Part shown: one piece after another, positions 9,489-17,533 of the stretch
Position numbering within the stretch: the stretch's first letter is position 1
Layout of the letters: each line of letters opens with the position of its first letter
IMG/VR virus record: IMGVR_UViG_3300049169_000021
Coordinates: 1 to 64,000 of that record
From: a virus
Length of the DNA stretch: 64,000 nucleotides
Strand: one strand, 5' to 3'
Translations under genes and position numbers: made by a program
Notes under the pieces: model-generated
Seen by the model: only the letters and a program-made list of their open reading frames with translations
The model's database searches: none
What the model was told of the DNA's origin: nothing

Positions 9489-9791
9489 TCAGGGAGCCGC
9501 GAGCGCCGGCTTGCGGGCGGCCGTCGGGCGGCGGCGCTGACGCGGGATCGTCCGGCCCTGGCGCGGGTCGCCGGCGCGGAGCGCGTCGTAGATCGCGGCC
9601 CGGTCCTCGCGGTTGGTGACGATGCGGCGGCCGCTCCGTCCGTGGAGGTGGCGGTTCGCCCGGAGGAAGCGGCGCAGCCACGAGACGCTGCACTTCAGGA
9701 CGTGGGCCGTCTCCTGGACGGTCATGTATTCCTGCTCGGGGTCCTCGGGGGGGATCGGAACTCCGTAGAGTTCGTAGGCCTTGGTGGCCAT
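9489..9791 (-). CDS. Excisionase-like HTH_17 DNA-binding protein
   Basis: YMTVQETAHVLKCSVSWLRR; position next to cro. Confidence 0.75.
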   Translation of the reverse strand: MATKAYELYGVPIPPEDPEQEYMTVQETAHVLKCSVSWLRRFLRANRHLHGRSGRRIVTNREDRAAIYDALRAGDPRQGRTIPRQRRRPTAARKPALAAP

Positions 9792-9795
9792 GGGG

Positions 9796-10053
9796 TTATG
9801 TCCTTTCGGGTGGGTCCTCGGTGGGGCGAGGTGGCTTACGCCGGAGGCGCTCATCAGTCGCTTTGAGGGCGGTGCGGAGCGCGAAGTACGGCGGGCGGCG
9901 CATGTGTCTGCGGGTGCCGTTTTCGAGGTGGCTGATGTAGCGGTCGGTGACCCCGACCAGTTCGGCCAACTCGGCACGGCTAAGCCCCGCTTGCGTGCGC
10001 TCCTCGCGGATCGCGTCCCCGTCGACCGGGATGAGGGTCGGGGGTTGGTGCAT
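9796..10053 (-). CDS. Cro-like XRE regulator
   Basis: IREERTQAGLSRAELAELVGVTDRYISHLENG. Confidence 0.85.
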   Translation of the reverse strand: MHQPPTLIPVDGDAIREERTQAGLSRAELAELVGVTDRYISHLENGTRRHMRRPPYFALRTALKATDERLRRKPPRPTEDPPERT

Positions 10054-10061
10054 GCCTAGAA

Positions 10062-10158
10062 TCTAGCCTTAGTTAGCCCGGCATGTCTAGCCCTAGTTAG
10101 CCGCGCATTGCGCGAGCTCGCTCGGCGGCAGGGGCTCGATTGGCTCTAGTTAGCCTTA
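10062..10158. promoter_or_regulatory. Three operator-like TAGTTAGCC repeats in the cro/repressor intergenic region
   Basis: TCTAGCCTTAGTTAGCC 10062-10078, TCTAGCCCTAGTTAGCC 10086-10102, TCTAGTTAGCC 10145-10155. Confidence 0.75.
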
Positions 10159-10229
10159 CCTCAGTGGAAACCGGCCGTTTACCCCGTCAGAGCTAGCTGG
10201 AACTGGGTTCCCGCTGCCAAGATGTCGAC

Positions 10230-10646
10230 ATGACCACTCGCGATCTCGACCGCCTCGCGAAGTACGTGAGGCTCCACAGGCTGGAGCTGTATCCCTCGCG
10301 CCTCGCGGCAGCCACGGCGGCAGGGATCTCCAAGGACACGTGGGCCCGTGTCGAGAGAGGGCTCGACGTCCAAGAGCCGAAATACACCCAGATCGAAAGG
10401 GCTCTCGGTTGGGCCACCGGCAGCTGTATGGCCATTGCCGAGGGCGGCGAGCCCGTGCTCGTCGACCGTCCGGCCAACGGCACCCCCGCTGCATCGGCGT
10501 CGATCAGCGCAGAGGCGCTGCGGCGGGCGGCGTTCGAGGCGGCGCGGGCGAAGCTGCCTGGCGCGCCGATCGGTGACATCGATGCCTTTAGTGACGAGCT
10601 TGTGGAGGTTCTGCGAAGAGCAGGACAGGTGACGGACGGCACCTGA
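10230..10646 (+). CDS. Immunity repressor (XRE HTH)
   Basis: SRLAAATAAGISKDTWARVERG; divergent from cro, upstream of int. Confidence 0.8.
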   Translation: MTTRDLDRLAKYVRLHRLELYPSRLAAATAAGISKDTWARVERGLDVQEPKYTQIERALGWATGSCMAIAEGGEPVLVDRPANGTPAASASISAEALRRAAFEAARAKLPGAPIGDIDAFSDELVEVLRRAGQVTDGT

Positions 10647-10801
10647 ACTGGCGCGTTGGGCCGTACAACCTTTTCGCCGTGACCTGATTGTTACTTTCTG
10701 GGGAGGATGAGGCCTCAACAACCCCCTCCCGTTCCTGTGTTCGCCATGTAACCCTGAATGTCCACCCGGGGAGGTCCCACAGGCGACACATAGGGGGACC
10801 G

Positions 10802-10999
10802 GTGAGTAATGTCATCAACCTTGATCTTGGGCCGACCATCCTCGGATACCCGACCCAAGTAGCAGGAGAGATGGTGTGCGTCCTGAACTCAAGGACCGCC
10901 GGAGATCGCGCTATTCAGGAGCGCGTGAGGCGATTCATGAAGGCACAGGGCCGAGACTGCAGAAGCTGCGGCGGCTGCCCAGCGGGGCAGGCATCGTAG
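10802..10999 (+). CDS. Small hypothetical protein with C-terminal Cys cluster
   Basis: GTG after GGGGA RBS; CRSCGGCP. Confidence 0.6.
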   Translation: MSNVINLDLGPTILGYPTQVAGEMVCVLNSRTAGDRAIQERVRRFMKAQGRDCRSCGGCPAGQAS

Positions 11000-11081
11000 A
11001 GAAGCAGTCGCAACGGAGGAGTCGGCGGTAGGGGTACCCGCCGGCGCTTCCGAACCAACTCACCTTCATCTGGGGGGATGA

Positions 11082-12443
11082 ATGCCATACGTAGAACGGC
11101 GCGGTAACTCGATCCGCGTGAAGTGGTGGAGCGGCGAGTACCAACTCGACGCCGACGGCAAGCCGACGAAGAAGAAGCGGTACGACTCCGCCTCCGGGCC
11201 CGAAGATGGTGTGCCGTTCCAAGACGAGGACGAGGCGTACAACTTCGGCCTCGATCGTGAGTCCGATGTGCGGAACAAGCGGAACCGGCGCAAGCTTCAG
11301 CCGCTCGGCATGACAGAGTACTGCGACCTGTGGTTCGAGAAGGTCGACCTGCGGATCCGCTCCAACAAGACGTACGCGTCGAGACTCAAGTCCGTGATCA
11401 AGCCGTATTGGACGCAGTGGACGGTGGACGAGATCACGCCCATCGACTACGACGCCTTCCGGGAGTACGTCACCGGCAAGTACTCGGACAACTACAGCAA
11501 GAACGTCCTCGGCATGTTCAAGATGCTGATGGACGACGCGGTGGTGAAGTACAAGCTGCGCGACGAGTCGCCCATCGTGGAACAACGGCGCCGCGGGATC
11601 TACAAGAAGAAGCAGACCCGGCGCGTGAAGCGCAAGCTGTCAACCCAGTCGATCCACCAGCTGGCCGTGAACGCCCACACGCTGTGGGGCTTCACCGGGT
11701 GGGTGTACATCTGGACCATCGCCTTCACAGGCCTTCGGCCGCCGGGGGAGACGTATGGGCTTCAACGCGGCTATGCGTCGCCGTACTGGCCGGCGTCGGA
11801 ACCCGACCCGGATCGTCGCGAGGAAGCGATGGAGCGCTACCAGGCGCTGCATGCTATGCGGGTGCAGTACCAGACGTACAGGGCGGAGGGGCGGCCGGTG
11901 CTCGCGGCGCCGAAGTACGACTCGTGGAGAACACTAGTGATGCCGCCCTTCTTGCATGAGATGCACAGCGCGCTGCTGGCGTCCCACGACAAGGCGTGGA
12001 CGTTCCTGTCGGTGACCGGTAAACCGCTGCTGGGCACGGACTTCGACGACGACTATTGGTACCCCATCCGCGACGGTGCGAAGGAGCGCAGCTCGGGCTC
12101 GCGGTGGGCGAGGCCGGCGATGCCGGAGGTGCCGGAGATGGCGGGTGAGGACATCTACCGGCTCAGGCACTGGCACAAGGCGAAGCTGGATGAGCCGGGG
12201 GACATTCCGCGGGTGGCGGTTGAGGCGCGGATGGGGCATGAGCTGCCGGGGGTGGAGGGGACCTACAGTGAGGTGACGGTCGCGATGGAGGAGCGGATCG
12301 CGGGGTACCTCCAGCGGGTGTGGGAGAAGGAGGTAGTGGGTGCGGGGTTGTGGACGCCGTCTTTTCCCATGCCGCTCCCAGATGATCTCACCGGGACTGT
12401 TCCGCCGCTGCTCAGTGGCCTTCCCGTCCTGGAGTATGAATGA
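11082..12443 (+). CDS. int: Tyrosine integrase (phage A)
   Basis: TGLRP, APK, YRLRH, RMGH, GTY catalytic motifs; N-terminal arm-binding segment. Confidence 0.9.
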   Translation: MPYVERRGNSIRVKWWSGEYQLDADGKPTKKKRYDSASGPEDGVPFQDEDEAYNFGLDRESDVRNKRNRRKLQPLGMTEYCDLWFEKVDLRIRSNKTYASRLKSVIKPYWTQWTVDEITPIDYDAFREYVTGKYSDNYSKNVLGMFKMLMDDAVVKYKLRDESPIVEQRRRGIYKKKQTRRVKRKLSTQSIHQLAVNAHTLWGFTGWVYIWTIAFTGLRPPGETYGLQRGYASPYWPASEPDPDRREEAMERYQALHAMRVQYQTYRAEGRPVLAAPKYDSWRTLVMPPFLHEMHSALLASHDKAWTFLSVTGKPLLGTDFDDDYWYPIRDGAKERSSGSRWARPAMPEVPEMAGEDIYRLRHWHKAKLDEPGDIPRVAVEARMGHELPGVEGTYSEVTVAMEERIAGYLQRVWEKEVVGAGLWTPSFPMPLPDDLTGTVPPLLSGLPVLEYE

Positions 12444-12590
12444 TCCGGCCGATCAATCGTGTCTCCCCCGGGAGGGCAGGTCAGCGGCCCACCTGCGGTG
12501 ATGGGTTTAAAGATACTGGTCCTAGTTGGCCTTAGTTAGCCCAACCTGGCTCCAGTGAGTAAGATCTTTCTCCCATTCGTCTCCCATGGG
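12362..12590. other. Putative att region of phage A (arm-type TCTCCCA-like repeats, TAGTTRGCC repeats)
   Basis: TTTCCCA/GCTCCCA 12363-12379, TCTCCCA x2 12569-12586, TAGTTGGCC-TAGTTAGCC 12523-12541; core not identifiable. Confidence 0.5.
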
Positions 12591-12782
12591 GATGTGAACG
12601 GCCCCCAACGCCACGTGCGCCGGGGGCCGTCCTCATAGACCAGAGTGGGGCTGCCACCCGGGGAGGCGGACTTATAACCCCACCCTGGCCGTCCTGTGTA
12701 ACGCAGCACAGCGCAGGGTTGCGGGCGCATGCGTCACATGGTCGGGCGAGTTTGAACATCATCAGATCGGAGAGGGCTGAGA

Positions 12783-12822
12783 CCGTCCACCCGCCGAGGG
12801 GGTACTCACGGCGGGTGGACGG
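12783..12822. terminator. GC-rich stem-loop
   Basis: CCGTCCACCCGCCG...CGGCGGGTGGACGG. Confidence 0.6.
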
Positions 12823-13033
12823 CCCATCCGGCACGGGGAAACGTCGGCGAGCCCGTGCCGGGCTGTTGAGGGGGGTGGCTATTCCTGTAAGCGCAATGCG
12901 TTAAACATCCATCACTCACTGTTGAGTTCTCAACAACGGGCACAAGGTGACCTGCCACTCATCCGCTGCTTGATCAAAAAATGCGTGGTTTTCCAGGCTG
13001 ACTAATGATCATCAGGGGCAGAGTGTCATTCGG

Positions 13034-13270
13034 GTGCCCCACCTGCCCGATGACGACGCCTGGCTGATCGAACGCCGACGCGCCATCGGCGACCGCATCC
13101 GCGTCGAACGGCACCGCCAGAACCGCACCCAGGAGAGCGTCTTCCTCGCCGCCCGCATAGGCCGCAAGACCTACCAGGACATCGAGGCCGGCAATGTTGA
13201 CGCCCGCATCTCCACGCTGCTGCGGATCGCTCACGTCTTGGGGGTTCATGTTGCTGACCTCCTTCGGTAA
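13034..13270 (+). CDS. Small XRE-family regulator
   Basis: IGDRIRVER...TQE...TYQDIEAG...TLLRIAHVLGV; paralog at 52087. Confidence 0.9.
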   Translation: MPHLPDDDAWLIERRRAIGDRIRVERHRQNRTQESVFLAARIGRKTYQDIEAGNVDARISTLLRIAHVLGVHVADLLR

Positions 13271-13491
13271 GCGCTCGCTGACCCACAGTCAACATCCGTA
13301 CCTGCGGTAACAAAAGATGCGGGTCGCATATATCTGCGCGAGGTTCGTGCCCAGTGTGAAGGTCTCGCCCACCGTCGCGTTCTGGCCAACGATCTCCCGC
13401 CGAGTGGCCCGCCGCCGGCGCCAGGGGAGGCGCTCCAGCGGCGGGCCCGCGGCCACCCGTCACGGGGCGTACGAGGCAGCCGCGCTTCCCG

Positions 13492-13713
13492 CTACCGGTG
13501 CCGGCGCGAACCGGTAGCGGGGGCTTGGGCAGTCTGGGGCGGGGTCTGCTTCCACTCGGTGTGGGCGTAGCGGTCCTTGTGGTCGCCCGAGTGGCCGGGC
13601 TCCCACGTGCAGCGGCCCCTCTGGTGCGGGTTACGCACCCAGCAGTACCCGGCCGCCCGACCGGCCCGGAGGTCGTCGCTCCGCTGAGTGCGGTCCTGCT
13701 GTTTGTCGGTCAC
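13492..13713 (-). CDS. Small Cys/His protein
   Basis: CWVRNPHQRGRCTWEPGHSGDH; GGAG RBS. Confidence 0.65.
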   Translation of the reverse strand: MTDKQQDRTQRSDDLRAGRAAGYCWVRNPHQRGRCTWEPGHSGDHKDRYAHTEWKQTPPQTAQAPATGSRRHR

Positions 13714-14347
13714 CGGCTCTGCTCCTTTGGGGTTCGGGTGGGTTGTCGGCGTCAGGTCCGATGGGCGTGACGCGTGCGTTGAAGAGCCCGCCGCCGGCCA
13801 CAGGGGCGCAACCGGCGGCGGCCCCGGGCCGCCCTCGGGGGGTGGCGGCCGTCATCCCGCCACGGGCCCTGTCCGGCTCGTGGCGGAAGCTGCCTGCGAC
13901 AGGGTGTGCAGGGCCTTGGCTTCCGGGCAGTACTCGTGCGACCGGCAGCGGGGGCATGTGCGTGTGTGGAGCCGGTGCACGCGGTCGGCCTCGCGGCGGG
14001 TGCAGGGGTGGCAGGCGCGTGGTTCCCAGCGGCGCAGGGTGCCCTCGTGGGTGCTGAGCCGCGGGCCGAGGGCGACAGGTGCCGGGTCGCTGCACCAGAC
14101 GCAGGCGGCGCCGCTCGTCTGGGCCGCTGTGAGGGCGGCGTGGCGGGGTACGGCGAGCATCGCGTGCGGGTCGGCGAAGTCGGGGGTCATTGGGCCGGCC
14201 GCTCGTCGTGCGGGACCAGGCGGTACTTCTCGCGGCACGGCGGGCAGGCTGCCGTCGCTACGCCCCCTGGTCGCGGGTCGAGTACGTAGATCACCCGGCT
14301 GTCCTCGGCGGGCCCGCCGTGGTAGCTGCAGTAGCCGTAGGCGGTGG
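13545..14347. repeat. Direct repeat copy 1 (~800 bp)
   Basis: Matches 52409-53211; six mismatches in the first ~110 bp, then appears identical by eye. Confidence 0.95.
13852..14190 (-). CDS. Zn-finger-like hypothetical protein
   Basis: CVWC...CHPC...H..TCPRC...YC. Confidence 0.75.
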   Translation of the reverse strand: MTPDFADPHAMLAVPRHAALTAAQTSGAACVWCSDPAPVALGPRLSTHEGTLRRWEPRACHPCTRREADRVHRLHTRTCPRCRSHEYCPEAKALHTLSQAASATSRTGPVAG

Positions 14348-14372
14348 GGGTCTTCACGGTGTCTGTGGTCAT
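14187..14372 (-). CDS. Small Zn-finger-like protein
   Basis: YCSYH...ACPPCRE. Confidence 0.75.
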   Translation of the reverse strand: MTTDTVKTPTAYGYCSYHGGPAEDSRVIYVLDPRPGGVATAACPPCREKYRLVPHDERPAQ

Positions 14373-14382
14373 CTGCTGTCCC

Positions 14383-14634
14383 TCATGCCGTGGTCGTCGG
14401 TGGTGACTTGGGGGCCGTGACTCCAGCCCACACGCGGAGCTGGCCAGTGCCGTCGCTGCTGCCCCAGAAGTCCGCCGACTGCACGACCTCAAGCAGTGCT
14501 TGCATCGTGTTCTGGTCGGCGGGCGCTGGGACGGATACGCGCAGATGGTTCGGGTACTCCCTGATCTCTGCGGCGCACCCGGTGACGCGCTCCATGTCGG
14601 CGCGCAGTACGACGGCGCGCAGGCGGGCAGGCAT
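14383..14634 (-). CDS. Hypothetical protein divergent from GntR
   Basis: 83-aa ORF heading the Cys-rich operon. Confidence 0.6.
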   Translation of the reverse strand: MPARLRAVVLRADMERVTGCAAEIREYPNHLRVSVPAPADQNTMQALLEVVQSADFWGSSDGTGQLRVWAGVTAPKSPPTTTA

Positions 14635-14649
14635 GACGAAACCCCCGAG

Positions 14650-14716
14650 ACTCTGTGAGGTGAGTCCAACTCATCTCGAAGAGTAGCGCTGAACCTCGTA
14701 CTCTGTCAGGTGCGTC
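14650..14716. promoter_or_regulatory. Operator-like repeats between GntR and the divergent operon
   Basis: ACTCTGTGAGGTGAGTC and ACTCTGTCAGGTGCGTC direct repeats plus an imperfect inverted copy. Confidence 0.55.
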
Positions 14717-14739
14717 ACACCCGAACCACAGGAGGCCTC

Positions 14740-15489
14740 GTGGCAGCCCCGGCGCCCTACCTCGACATCGCCGAGGCCCTACGCGAACGGATCAGCGCAC
14801 TCCCAGCGGGAGCGAAGCTGCCGTCGGTTGCAGAGCTGGGCCGCGAGTTCAACGTCTCGCCGTCCGTCTGCGCCCGCGCGTACTCCGTCCTCGTCCAGGA
14901 CGGCCTTGTCATCTCCCGGCACGGCGCCGGCCACTACGTGCGCGGCGACGAGACGCCGCAGCTGCTGGTGCGCCGCCACCGACGCCGTTCGGAGGATTCG
15001 CCCTTTGCGCAGGGCGCGGCCGAGCAGGGCAGCGCCGGCACATGGCGGCACGAGTCCGTCACCGCGGCCGCCGACACGCGCACGGCCGAGCGGCTGGATA
15101 TCGCCGAAGGCGACCCTGTGATGCGCACCGAGTACGTCTACCTGGCCGACAGTCATCCGGTGCAACTGGCGACATCGTGGGAGCCGATGGCGGTCACGGG
15201 ACAGTCGATGATCGTGCTTCCAGAAGCAGGCCCGTATGCGGGCGTTGGTGTGGCTGCGCGCATGCGCGTGATTGGCATCGAGGTCGGCGAGCCCGTTGAA
15301 CGAGTGCGGGCGCGCGCGACGACCCGGGCGGAGGCCCAGCAGCTCGGCGTGAACCCGGCGGCGCCCGTGCTCGCGATCGAGCGGACCTACTACGACCAGG
15401 GCACCGGGCGGCCCGTGGAGACCGCCGACATCGTGATGCGCGGCGACCGCTGGGTGGCGGTCTACGGGCAGGAGCCCGCCGGGAGCTGA
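14740..15489 (+). CDS. GntR/HutC-family regulator (wHTH + UTRA)
   Basis: KLPSVAELGREFNVS...RAY...G.GHYV; UTRA-type C-terminus; GGAGG RBS. Confidence 0.9.
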   Translation: MAAPAPYLDIAEALRERISALPAGAKLPSVAELGREFNVSPSVCARAYSVLVQDGLVISRHGAGHYVRGDETPQLLVRRHRRRSEDSPFAQGAAEQGSAGTWRHESVTAAADTRTAERLDIAEGDPVMRTEYVYLADSHPVQLATSWEPMAVTGQSMIVLPEAGPYAGVGVAARMRVIGIEVGEPVERVRARATTRAEAQQLGVNPAAPVLAIERTYYDQGTGRPVETADIVMRGDRWVAVYGQEPAGS

Positions 15490-15507
15490 CTCCGGGCATG
15501 ACGAAAT

Positions 15508-15544
15508 GCCCCCTGCACAGCCCGCGTTGGGCCGTGCAGGGGGC
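15508..15544. terminator. Bidirectional terminator between GntR and lysis genes
   Basis: GCCCCCTGCAC...GTGCAGGGGGC between convergent genes. Confidence 0.75.
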
Positions 15545-15551
15545 GCGGTGT

Positions 15552-15815
15552 TCAGCGGGCGAAGAGGGCAATGGCGCCGGTGGCCGCGCCCGCCACACCG
15601 GCGAGGACGCCGATCGTGGGCATCGGCCAGCGGGCGCGCTCGAGGGTGCGAATCCTGAGCTCGTGGTCCTGGAGATCGCCGCGGATGTCCTTGGTCTCCT
15701 GAACGAAGTTGTCCACCTTCGATTCGATGCGGCCGACCGCCTGAGCCAGGTCCCTCACCTCCTGATACATCTGGGCCGTACTGATGTACACCCCGGGGTC
15801 CGGTGCGCTCGTCAC
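15552..15815 (-). CDS. Lysis-cassette coiled-coil protein with C-terminal TM
   Basis: DHELRIRTLERARWP + TM; homolog at 56284. Confidence 0.75.
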   Translation of the reverse strand: MTSAPDPGVYISTAQMYQEVRDLAQAVGRIESKVDNFVQETKDIRGDLQDHELRIRTLERARWPMPTIGVLAGVAGAATGAIALFAR

Positions 15816-15997
15816 GCCTCGGCCTTCTGGTCTCTGTTGGGCACCGCCCAGGTGAAGCCGAGCGCGGCGAGGACGGCGATCAGCGCCGCCCAGCCCTCGG
15901 CAGCGGTCACGGTGTCGTCGGTGACGGCGACGGACAGGGATCCGGCGCCCGCGGCCACGGCGGACACGGCCGCCTTCGCGTACTTGGTGATCTTCAT
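15812..15997 (-). CDS. Putative holin
   Basis: MKITKYAKA..., two TM segments, follows endolysin. Confidence 0.75.
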   Translation of the reverse strand: MKITKYAKAAVSAVAAGAGSLSVAVTDDTVTAAEGWAALIAVLAALGFTWAVPNRDQKAEA

Positions 15998-16014
15998 GGA
16001 TCGTTCCTTCCGGT

Positions 16015-16941
16015 TCAGGCGGCGACGGTGAACCCGTACTTGACGCCGAGCTTGGTGAGGCTGGTCTTGCCGGGGATGCCGTCGGCCGCGCTGCCGGAGT
16101 AGCCGAGGCGGCGCTGCCACTTGGCGTAGGCGTCGACGGTGGCTGTGCCGAAGTGGCCGTCGCTGTAGACCTTGGCGAGGAGTCCAGCGTCGACCAGGGC
16201 GGTCTCGACGATGCGCACGCCTGCGTAGGTGACCGGCGTGCCTGACGCCTTCGGGTTGGAGCGGGCAGCGGCGACCAGCCTGGACAGGTCCACGACCGGC
16301 CGCTTCGGCTTCGGCAGCGCGGGCGCAGCGGGCTTCGGGGCGGGCTTGCTGTCGTCGAGCCGCTTCGCGATCCGGGCACGCATGGACGCCATGGTGAAGC
16401 CGCGCGGGTCGACCTTCCCGGGCTGCCACTCCAGGTGCCCGATCACGGACCGCTCGGTCCAGCCGTGGTGCCGGCAGATCGCTGCGGCCGCCTTCTCGAT
16501 CGCCTCCAGCTGGGCCTCGGGCCACGGGTCTTCGCCGTCGCCGAGGTTCTCGCACTCGAAGCCGTAGAAGTGCCGGTTGCCGTCGGTGTTGGCCTCGTTG
16601 TCCGGCGGCAGCGCCTTCTCGGCGATGACGGCGCGCAGGACGTCGTCGTCGCCGAGGCCGGCGTGATTCGCTCGGCCGTAGCCGACCAGGTGGACACGGC
16701 CGTCCTTGGTGATGACGCCGTGGCACAGCGGGCCGGGCAACTCGGTGTAGCCGTCGCGGCAGATGGCCACCGTGCGGGCGCTGCCCTTGGTGACGGTGTG
16801 GTGGATCATCACGCCGTGCACGGGACCCCAGGGGCCCTTGGTGTTGCGGTTGTGGTCTTCCCAGTCGCCGACCTCGACGACGACCAGGCCCTCGTCGCGT
16901 AGCCGGTCCAGGAACGTGGGGGGCGCCATCGGTGTGGCCAT
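16015..16941 (-). CDS. Endolysin: N-acetylmuramoyl-L-alanine amidase + PG-binding domain
   Basis: IHHT...HAG...GFECEN...IGHLEW...K.DP; DGHFG..T...WQ..LG...ADGIPG. Confidence 0.9.
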   Translation of the reverse strand: MATPMAPPTFLDRLRDEGLVVVEVGDWEDHNRNTKGPWGPVHGVMIHHTVTKGSARTVAICRDGYTELPGPLCHGVITKDGRVHLVGYGRANHAGLGDDDVLRAVIAEKALPPDNEANTDGNRHFYGFECENLGDGEDPWPEAQLEAIEKAAAAICRHHGWTERSVIGHLEWQPGKVDPRGFTMASMRARIAKRLDDSKPAPKPAAPALPKPKRPVVDLSRLVAAARSNPKASGTPVTYAGVRIVETALVDAGLLAKVYSDGHFGTATVDAYAKWQRRLGYSGSAADGIPGKTSLTKLGVKYGFTVAA

Positions 16942-17008
16942 GCGGGCCTCCAGGCATGAGAGAAGCCCCGGGCCGGGCGGCGCGGGGCGAACGGGGTGGC
17001 GGGGCGTC

Positions 17009-17524
17009 TCAGGCGATGCGTTCGACGCGCATGTACGAGCGGCCGGCCACACGCGTGGTACCGGCATTGGAGGTGGTCTGCGCCCACTGCAGCGCGAGGA
17101 CTCCGGCGGACGAGGTGTTGACGTCGCCGGTCTCCCACGCCATCACCTGGCTGGAGCCGTTGCGGGTGCCGTAGCTGGTTTCGGTGGCGAAGGCGTGGAC
17201 ACCCCAGCGGCCGTCGCCCGTGGGGTTGGTGGTGTTGGTGGGGGCGGTGTCGACGCCCCAGCAGGCCCGCAGGCCCGCCGCTCCTGGCGGCACCGACCAG
17301 GCCGTTTTGAAACCGGCGGCAGCCGTTGAGCTGTAGTGGATGTAGAAGGCCACGTGGTAGCTGGCGTTGGCCTCCAGGGCGATCTGCAGGTCGGGGTCGT
17401 CGGTGAGGGTGGTGGTGTTGCTGCGGGTGGTCTCGCTCTCCTTGATGACGTCGAAGGGGAGCATCGACATCAGCAGGTCGTCGGTGACGAACATCCCCGG
17501 AAGGATGAGGGGGTATTGGGGCAC
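17009..17524 (-). CDS. Minor tail protein
   Basis: After the large tail gene; strong homolog at 57891. Confidence 0.8.
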   Translation of the reverse strand: MPQYPLILPGMFVTDDLLMSMLPFDVIKESETTRSNTTTLTDDPDLQIALEANASYHVAFYIHYSSTAAAGFKTAWSVPPGAAGLRACWGVDTAPTNTTNPTGDGRWGVHAFATETSYGTRNGSSQVMAWETGDVNTSSAGVLALQWAQTTSNAGTTRVAGRSYMRVERIA

Positions 17525-17533
17525 GCTGCCTCC

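Larger units (their letters stand above)
1..12600. mobile_element. Temperate phage A: early/recombination region, immunity switch and integrase (partial, continues left of window)
   Basis: Tightly overlapping minus-strand small genes, ERF/YqaJ/WhiB/HNH genes, divergent cro-repressor pair, tyrosine integrase. Confidence 0.9.

Noticed and set aside
12721-12780. 3' end of a host gene supplied by attP (…SGEFEHHQIGEG*)
   Set aside because: Not recognisable as any known C-terminus; cannot be supported without a search
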